A stretch of 64,000 nucleotides of DNA, taken from assembly GCA_021827925.1 (NCBI GenBank), contig JAKATZ010000004.1, positions 13,956 to 77,955 on the forward strand, given 5' to 3'. This DNA comes from Candidatus Micrarchaeota archaeon. Lineage in GTDB: Archaea; Micrarchaeota; Micrarchaeia; Micrarchaeales; CABMGC01. Made by a program: the position numbers and the translations under genes. Shown piece after piece: positions 58,031-64,000 of this stretch. Positions within the stretch are counted from its first letter, which is position 1. Each line of letters begins with the position of its first letter. Under the pieces are notes generated by a model. The model searched no databases and was not told the origin of the DNA. It was given only the letters and a program-made list of their open reading frames with translations.

Positions 58031-58867
58031 CTATCCCCCTGAATTTATCGATCCAATAAACTTCCTGAGGAGCGCAGGCGCTTTATTTTTAACATACTCT
58101 CCTCCTAAAAGAACGTCCTGCGGCATTCCTGCTATTGTTTCCATTGCTTCAATTGCAAAAGGCAGGACCCTTTGTAGGATCCTGTGTGGATTCTCCTCTC
58201 CTATAAGCTCTTGTACTAACTCTTTCGCATTCTTGCCTGCCCAGCGGAAAGCAGCCAGATATCCCAACAGGTGTCCGAAGGTATATGCCACTCCGTCTTC
58301 CAAGCCGCTCACAGCCCCATGAATCGAGAGTTTTATCTGATCAATGGATTTGTTCGCGATCACTGCTTCAGCGAAGCAAGCAACTGCTTCTTCTGCATAC
58401 CTCAGATTGCTTCTGCCATTGCTGGATTGTGATATTGACACAAGAGCAGCATTCCTCCTCATCGAGTGCACTAACTCATGTACCAGCGTGGATCCGAGGT
58501 CTGCCTTGTTTCGTTCCGCTACGACTCCTGCTGATTTTCTTATCTCAAAAGGAATTGAAGGAAAGTCCCTCACTGCCACATGGAGTGCTATTGAATACAC
58601 GGATTCCCTACCTATTGCTATTGTATGCGGTATCGGAAGATATACAGCAGCGACATTCTGTGGCAGAGACCCATATTCATCAAGCTTGGGATATGCTTCT
58701 GTCGGCCCGAATTGGCCTACGGTTCCTTCCAAAGATGCGATGCTCCCCATATACACTTCCGTCTGTATTTCGCGCCTTTTTCCTTCTAATCCCTGCACAC
58801 GAAATTCTATGGTCTTCAAGTATTTCCCCAAGTTTTCTGAAGGTGGCAGTTGTTTAAATCCGGCCAT
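58031..58867 (-). CDS. Putative zinc metallopeptidase (HExxH + downstream Glu, gluzincin-like)
   Basis: STLVHELVHSM carries HExxH. The acidic AEEAVACFAE lies about 25 residues downstream. Confidence 0.55.
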   Translation of the reverse strand: MAGFKQLPPSENLGKYLKTIEFRVQGLEGKRREIQTEVYMGSIASLEGTVGQFGPTEAYPKLDEYGSLPQNVAAVYLPIPHTIAIGRESVYSIALHVAVRDFPSIPFEIRKSAGVVAERNKADLGSTLVHELVHSMRRNAALVSISQSSNGRSNLRYAEEAVACFAEAVIANKSIDQIKLSIHGAVSGLEDGVAYTFGHLLGYLAAFRWAGKNAKELVQELIGEENPHRILQRVLPFAIEAMETIAGMPQDVLLGGEYVKNKAPALLRKFIGSINSGG

Positions 58868-59155
58868 TTTATCATCTATAACAACACATTATTAGACCGA
58901 CTAAGATAAGCGGGTCTTTCCAGATAAACTACTTTCTATCCGGATCGCTGCAATGTCGCCATATGGGTCCTACTTACGTTAAAAATATTTTAGAATAGCT
59001 AAGACTATTTTGGTTCTAAATTTAGGTATAAATTGGGCTTTCTTTGTCATCATATTTAAGCCTATGCGATTCTCAGTCTTCTATATCCACACTCCTGGAT
59101 CCATACCACAAAATCTATATATGAAAAATACGGAATTAAAATTAACTTTTTCTCA

Positions 59156-59181
59156 GTTTAGCTTTATAGTTTAGCTTTATA
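59156..59181. repeat. 13-bp tandem duplication containing a TATA-like box
   Basis: GTTTAGCTTTATA x2. The first TTTATA is centred about 27 nt upstream of the ATG at 59193, consistent with a leaderless transcript. Confidence 0.5.
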
Positions 59182-59192
59182 AATTGGTACAT

Positions 59193-60380
59193 ATGGCAAG
59201 AAGAATCGCAAGAGTCCACTATGCACAGTCAGCGCCCCTTGTAGCGGCGTTAAGAGAAGCAGGTCCTACTGCATTGCAAGCAATTTCCTTGCTTAAAGAC
59301 AACGGAGTGCAACTCGATCCTGGGATGGAACGGAAGACAAAAAGGAGTGCATATCTGAACGAAGAGAAACTGCGAAAGGCACTTCTCCTTGGCATGCGCG
59401 TATATGATGCTACACGCGATCCGGAGGCTGCCGCTATGACTATCCTCACTGCGGCCCGTTTTAAAGTGCAAAGCTCCAGGTCCAATCGCAACGTTATCGA
59501 CTATCTGGATAACATCGCAACTGTCACCAAGAATCCCGGGCTTACCGCTCTCGAAGCAAAGAATCTTCTTTCGGATCATGGATCCTTGATGTGGCATCTT
59601 GACGAGTTCAAGAAGCTAAAACCTTATCAGATCGAGAGCGCGATAAGGGCTTTTGCAAAAGCTTCTCGCTCCGAAGACCCCATGTCAAGATTTTTCTTCC
59701 GCGATATGCGTGTTCTCGTAGCACTGCAGGCGAGGGAGGATCCCGACTCTATAGATCGTACTATAGAGTGGATATCCAGATCCATAGACAGCAATCCCGA
59801 AATTCTGGGTTCTTTTGGCTTGCTTCCTTGGAGGGCTTATGCTGAGCCTGACCACGAAGAATGGAAGCTGGCAGCAAAGATCGTAGGAAAAGGCATAGCG
59901 GTGATGTATCGCCTGATGGATGATCCTGCGAGTTCCAAAGCCCTATCCGATGCTATCGCCGAGATGAACATACGAAGCATGAAAGTGCGGGTCGACACTG
60001 CCCGTTCAATACCTGTACTGGATAAAGCAATTGATGCTCTTTCTTCAGTAAACGGTTCCGGACTATGGGCAGCAACGGTCGCCATTTCGTTTGTGCTCAT
60101 GGCTACTACTGAAATCAGACCCGTAATGGACTTCTGTGACCTTGTTAAAGGATTCTCTGATAATACAGCGGTTTTCACAGGCGCAACAAATGTTGCAGTG
60201 TATGCATCAAGAGTGCTGGGTGGTAACGATGACTATTTGAGGGGCATATTTGAAAAAGTGCAAAAAATGTCAACTACTCCACTGGTAGCGGAACAGAAGA
60301 TGGAAGCATTGGTGTTTGCTGCAAAGAGATGCAAAACCCTCGGAGAGCTTGACAATGCCATAGCCGTCCTTATCGGCTAG
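59193..60380 (+). CDS. Hypothetical helical protein with one internal hydrophobic segment
   Basis: 396-aa ORF. The ATG at 59193 is preferred over the TTG at 59184. No family recognised. Confidence 0.55.
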   Translation: MARRIARVHYAQSAPLVAALREAGPTALQAISLLKDNGVQLDPGMERKTKRSAYLNEEKLRKALLLGMRVYDATRDPEAAAMTILTAARFKVQSSRSNRNVIDYLDNIATVTKNPGLTALEAKNLLSDHGSLMWHLDEFKKLKPYQIESAIRAFAKASRSEDPMSRFFFRDMRVLVALQAREDPDSIDRTIEWISRSIDSNPEILGSFGLLPWRAYAEPDHEEWKLAAKIVGKGIAVMYRLMDDPASSKALSDAIAEMNIRSMKVRVDTARSIPVLDKAIDALSSVNGSGLWAATVAISFVLMATTEIRPVMDFCDLVKGFSDNTAVFTGATNVAVYASRVLGGNDDYLRGIFEKVQKMSTTPLVAEQKMEALVFAAKRCKTLGELDNAIAVLIG

Positions 60381-60410
60381 TGGCCAATGCTATCACGTAG
60401 CTAGTGGCTA

Positions 60411-61163
60411 TCACTTGGTTGTGTTAAACCAGCCATAAGGTCCTGTGCCAAGATTCCCCATGTGCCATCCTGCAGCCGTAAGATTACCCCAAGGCACAAA
60501 GGAACTGCCTGCCTGTATAACGCTTCCGGCAAGATACGCTACCGTCGCAACTATTGAGATACCAAGAAGTGCTAGCACCGCTATGACTAGTATGGACTTG
60601 ACTATCACTATGAGTAGTGCATCTAGTCTTCTTATCTTCTGCTGTACGGAAAGTGCGATTATGAATACAACAAGCGCCCACACGGGAGCGATTATTATGT
60701 ATATGGCATTGATGATTGGTACGAAGCTCAGCCACAAGAGCATAAGCACCGGAAGCACACCGTATACCAGTGCGGTGAATGTCCTCTCGTAATTCCCCTT
60801 CCATGCGTTTAGAAAAATCTTTGCTATTATCTGGTATATCAGCGCATCTATCGCTATCCCTATGGGTATCAGAATGAAAAATAGCAGTATACCTCCCCAG
60901 AATACCGATACGAAAGATATCTTTGCTGCTACATCAAGCACTGAATTCAGCGGAGATCCAGGTGAGATTCCTGCCCGCGCGCCGAACATCGCAGCAATGC
61001 CTCCAACTACAAGGTATGCTACGAACGGCAATACTGCGAGAGAGTAATAAAGTCTTAATGCACTTCCAAGATCCAACTGCCTCTTGGACTCTTTCTCAGG
61101 CTTCCAGACAAGGCTCCAGAAAAACTTCAGTTCATCGGCGTATGACATTTTCCCACTCCGCAC
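60411..61163 (-). CDS. Polytopic membrane protein, Yip1-domain-like
   Basis: Five TM helices after a short cytosolic N-terminus (MSYADELKFFWSLVWKPE..), the topology typical of Yip1/DUF1282 proteins. An alternative start exists at 61148. Confidence 0.45.
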   Translation of the reverse strand: MRSGKMSYADELKFFWSLVWKPEKESKRQLDLGSALRLYYSLAVLPFVAYLVVGGIAAMFGARAGISPGSPLNSVLDVAAKISFVSVFWGGILLFFILIPIGIAIDALIYQIIAKIFLNAWKGNYERTFTALVYGVLPVLMLLWLSFVPIINAIYIIIAPVWALVVFIIALSVQQKIRRLDALLIVIVKSILVIAVLALLGISIVATVAYLAGSVIQAGSSFVPWGNLTAAGWHMGNLGTGPYGWFNTTK

Positions 61164-61227
61164 TATTGATTAAACGTATGAAAAGAAAGAATTTAAGAAC
61201 CTTCTGTTGCACCATCAAAGGTTTCCA

Positions 61228-62481
61228 CTATTGTCCAAGCAGTCTGCGCAGAGCTTCCTCCCGCGCTTTTTTCTCGGCCGCTTCTTCGGAGGTAAGTCTT
61301 GCGCCATAGTCTATCAGTGTGCTTATCAATCTGCGGTCCACTGCCAATGATGCGTAATATAGTGGACTGTGGCCCTCCTTCGTTCTTGCCAGGTCTGCCC
61401 TACCTGTTTCAAGAGCCTCGGAAAGCAGAACTACGTCCTCTGCCCTTATCGCATGGAATACAAGTGGCGTTGGATCTACGCGCCCGCTACTTAGTAAGAA
61501 ACGGAGCATTACTGGCCTGTTAACTGCTAGCTCCACGGGATAGCTCTCCATTCCAATCCCTTTGTAAACTTGATCTACATTGACTTTTTCAGATTCAAGA
61601 AGCAATCTTACTGCCATGAACGATCCTTGCTCTATTGCCATGGCAAATGGATGATAACTGGTGCTATGATTCAGCCCGATGTTTGGATTCGTTTTCTGGG
61701 CCGCAAGAAGTAGCGCTGCTATTTCGGCCCGTCTGTGCACATCTCTGGTTCCGTTAGCCTCCCCTTCGATCAGGAACGAAATAGAATGGGAGAATAGAGT
61801 ATAGCCTTTTACCTCCTGGTTCGGATCCACCCCTTTGCCTAAAAGAATCCTTACTTGTCCGATATCCGCTTTGTCTATAGCGGCAAGCATCTCTTTTCCA
61901 ATTTGACTTCGCCGCCTTGTTTCGTGTTTCATGGCCCTTGTTGCTACGTTATATACTATGATCCCTGCAGCTAACGTCATGGCCGCATGGTCTCCTGCGG
62001 TTAGCTTCCACTGCTGTGATGAGTACACATTATTGTTGATCACTTCAGTAAGGGCTGCGGTCGTGGGTATGGCTGCCACTGCAGCCCCGAAAGCAAGATC
62101 GCTTCTGAAGGCCTTGAGGAGGGTTTTCGATACGCTTGTTCCTATTCTCGACCACACATTCGATGCCGTCATTGTTCCAGCAACTGCGGCACCGCCGAAA
62201 AATAGAAATCCTTCGTACGGATTATGTTTATGCGAAAGCAGTCCTGCCCAGAAGAATCCCGCTGAAACTGTTCCGAATGCGCCTAGGGCGATGTCCCCTT
62301 CTGTTACCCAAGTTAAGGCAACGTCCAGTGCTCCGCTGAGCTTCCTGTCCACGGCACTTATTACCTTTGAAGCATCAGATGTGAATCTAACAACTTCTCT
62401 TGCCGCTTTTAGGAGAGGGTCGAAAGATTGCCTGTGACCGCCTTCATCATTTTCCCTTCCGTTCTTGTAGCGTGGTGGCAT
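61228..62481 (-). CDS. Membrane-anchored ankyrin repeat protein
   Basis: The N-terminal 190 aa contain about 4 glycine-rich hydrophobic helices. The C-terminal half has 5-6 ANK units, e.g. VRILLGKGVDPNQ and GHSPLYYASLAVDRRLISTLIDYGARL. Confidence 0.75.
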   Translation of the reverse strand: MPPRYKNGRENDEGGHRQSFDPLLKAAREVVRFTSDASKVISAVDRKLSGALDVALTWVTEGDIALGAFGTVSAGFFWAGLLSHKHNPYEGFLFFGGAAVAGTMTASNVWSRIGTSVSKTLLKAFRSDLAFGAAVAAIPTTAALTEVINNNVYSSQQWKLTAGDHAAMTLAAGIIVYNVATRAMKHETRRRSQIGKEMLAAIDKADIGQVRILLGKGVDPNQEVKGYTLFSHSISFLIEGEANGTRDVHRRAEIAALLLAAQKTNPNIGLNHSTSYHPFAMAIEQGSFMAVRLLLESEKVNVDQVYKGIGMESYPVELAVNRPVMLRFLLSSGRVDPTPLVFHAIRAEDVVLLSEALETGRADLARTKEGHSPLYYASLAVDRRLISTLIDYGARLTSEEAAEKKAREEALRRLLGQ

Positions 62482-62679
62482 ATTATGCGCCGTCTTATAT
62501 TACCACGAGCTGCCTGTGCTGGGCGAATGGGCCGTGTTCGCTTAGATTCGGAATAGGCTCTGCTGCCAGTCGTTCTCCGAATGGTTTGAGACACATTTCC
62601 ATATCAAAGCCTTATTATTCTCGCCTTTCGGATTCAGCGTCCTTTCCTATTATTCTGCAGGTCACATTAATCTCGGAAA

Positions 62680-63663
62680 TCATGCCCTTCTTGCAGCTTC
62701 AAGAGCAGTTTCAAGGAAAGCGGGGAATATTATTCCCTTAAGCGGCGCCCTGCCTTCCCTAAGGGAATTGCCAAGGCTATGGCATCCAGACGGGCCGAGT
62801 TTTTCAAGGAGATAATTAGGGTTAAGCAAGCCAACCTCCGGATGCTCTATTATCACTTCCCTCATCTCAGCAGTAGTCAGTCCGAGGGCCCCTTTCAGTT
62901 TTTCAATTTCATCGGGATTTCTTATCGCAATTGAGGGAAGCGCAGTTACGGTTTTGTAATACTCTGATATCGACAAGCCCAAGGATCTCATTGTGACGCT
63001 TAGTTGCTCGGGGCCTATCCGGTTAACGGCAGGATACTTCTTAGCAAACTCCTGGTACTCTACCTCATCCATCCCAAGCGCTTTCGCATTTGCTGCTATG
63101 TAATGTTGATACTTTTCCGCGTTTTTCTCATACTTCCATCTGAGATCCCTACCTGCGGTTATGACTGAATCCACTATTTTTGAAATAGCATCAACCGAGG
63201 CACTCGTAGGAATTGAGACCGTTATGCTGAACAATGCAGGCCCTCCGGAGCCATTGAGACGTGAAGCTTCTATCACAACACCGTTTCTTGTGCTGGTTGG
63301 ATCTGCCTTAAAACGAAATGAAGGTGTGGTGTTGTCTATTAATACCAAGCCAAGAGTTTTCACAACTCCATACCTGGCACCCAGTTCTTCTTTTGCTTCT
63401 GATACTGCGGCCACGGTTCTCCATTTTGCGTCATTTACGCTCTGCAGAGTAGGGTCATCTATCCTTACATTGTATCTGAATACTAGAAAACCATTCACAA
63501 TCCCGAGAGAATATCTGGGAACCCCGGGTGAGAGAACCCCGCTACGTTCATCCGGGGTGAGAGTTAAGGCTATCTTCTGCTCCTGCGGCGACGCTGGGCG
63601 TAACATTCCTCCCAACTCTCCCGTGGAGAACATTCGTATATCTTTTGCATACACATTCGGCAT
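62680..63663 (-). CDS. Hypothetical protein with C-terminal mTERF-like helical repeats
   Basis: Three units of about 32 aa: ALGMDEVEYQEFAKKYPAVNRIGPEQL, SLGLSISEYYKTVTALPSIAIRNPDEI and ALGLTTAEMREVIIEHPEVGLLNPNYL. These fit the LG.s..e....v...P.l....pe.l pattern of mTERF motifs. Confidence 0.5.
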   Translation of the reverse strand: MPNVYAKDIRMFSTGELGGMLRPASPQEQKIALTLTPDERSGVLSPGVPRYSLGIVNGFLVFRYNVRIDDPTLQSVNDAKWRTVAAVSEAKEELGARYGVVKTLGLVLIDNTTPSFRFKADPTSTRNGVVIEASRLNGSGGPALFSITVSIPTSASVDAISKIVDSVITAGRDLRWKYEKNAEKYQHYIAANAKALGMDEVEYQEFAKKYPAVNRIGPEQLSVTMRSLGLSISEYYKTVTALPSIAIRNPDEIEKLKGALGLTTAEMREVIIEHPEVGLLNPNYLLEKLGPSGCHSLGNSLREGRAPLKGIIFPAFLETALEAARRA

Positions 63664-63761
63664 ACGGCTTCACATTACTGGAAAGGCTTGGAAAGCATGG
63701 GGTCCTTCAAGCCTAATTTATTTTTTGCTCTTCTGATATTTAAGTGTTTTGTGCAAATTCA

Positions 63762-64000
63762 TCAATTTCTGACTGCCTTTTCCAGTTCATTTATCATTTC
63801 CTCACGTAGGAGCACTTTCCTACCATAGATCTTTGCCCTAGTACTCTCTTCGTGAAGCAGATCTTTTACCTCGGGTAAGGCTTTTCTTACCACTTCTTTT
63901 AACCTGTCATCAATGTCCTCTGCGCCAAGAACCTTGCATACCAGATGATGGAGATCGTAAAGATCTCTGAACTCCTTCCTGTCAAGTAAGGCGGCTGTTT
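63762..64000 (-). CDS. C-terminal part of an ORF running out of the window, possibly an AbiEii-type nucleotidyltransferase
   Basis: Not in the ORF track because it has no Met in the window. The open frame reads ..LLDRKEFRDLYDLHHLV...EMINELEKAVRN*. From memory, an RDLYDL motif is characteristic of AbiEii/DUF1814 C-terminal regions. Confidence 0.3.
   Translation of the reverse strand, partial: TAALLDRKEFRDLYDLHHLVCKVLGAEDIDDRLKEVVRKALPEVKDLLHEESTRAKIYGRKVLLREEMINELEKAVRN

Overview
This is an archaeal chromosomal segment. Diagnostic genes are Topo VI subunit A, RFC small subunit, membrane LonB, CTP-type riboflavin kinase, archaeal riboflavin synthase, EndoQ, a class III signal-peptide pilin and an NMD3 homolog. 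A 2-oxoacid dehydrogenase operon suggests a Thermoplasmata-like or DPANN/Micrarchaeota-like lineage, but I cannot place it from sequence alone.

Bases 1-49,100 are tightly packed housekeeping genes: aspS, nth, endoQ, topA-trmI, ribK, lonB, top6A, rfcS, ribH-ribC, leuS, secFD, nadK-lpd and E1a/E1b/E2. Many neighbours show ATGA or GTGA start/stop overlaps. This block is interrupted by a small accessory islet at 21.2-24.9 kb. The islet holds a complete 1,099-bp IS with 17-bp inverted repeats and a 9-bp target duplication, a second IS end remnant, an AAA+ ATPase gene, and a 38/39-bp direct repeat that duplicates the 3' end of tRNA-Val.

Three genes are frame-disrupted: the IS transposase, an AlkD-like gene wedged inside the dehydrogenase operon, and a small gene at 28.05-28.43 kb.

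Bases 49,100-64,000 are different. Spacers are long and AT-rich, strand switches are frequent, and the ORFs are almost all orphans. I read HEAT-like, TPR, ankyrin and mTERF-like repeats, two putative metalloprotease folds, a Yip1-like membrane protein, a divergent Cys/Met-type PLP enzyme, an alpha/beta hydrolase and a partial AbiEii-like ORF at the edge.

I found two tRNAs (Gln-CUG, Val-UAC), no rRNA and no CRISPR array. My best candidates for something undescribed are:
- the repeat-protein/protease island at 53.3-63.7 kb
- a protein made of four tandem ribosomal-stalk P1/P2-like N-terminal domains at 36.9-37.9 kb
- the orphan cluster at 49.2-53.3 kb

All functional links are inference from motifs read by eye. 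No database search was possible.
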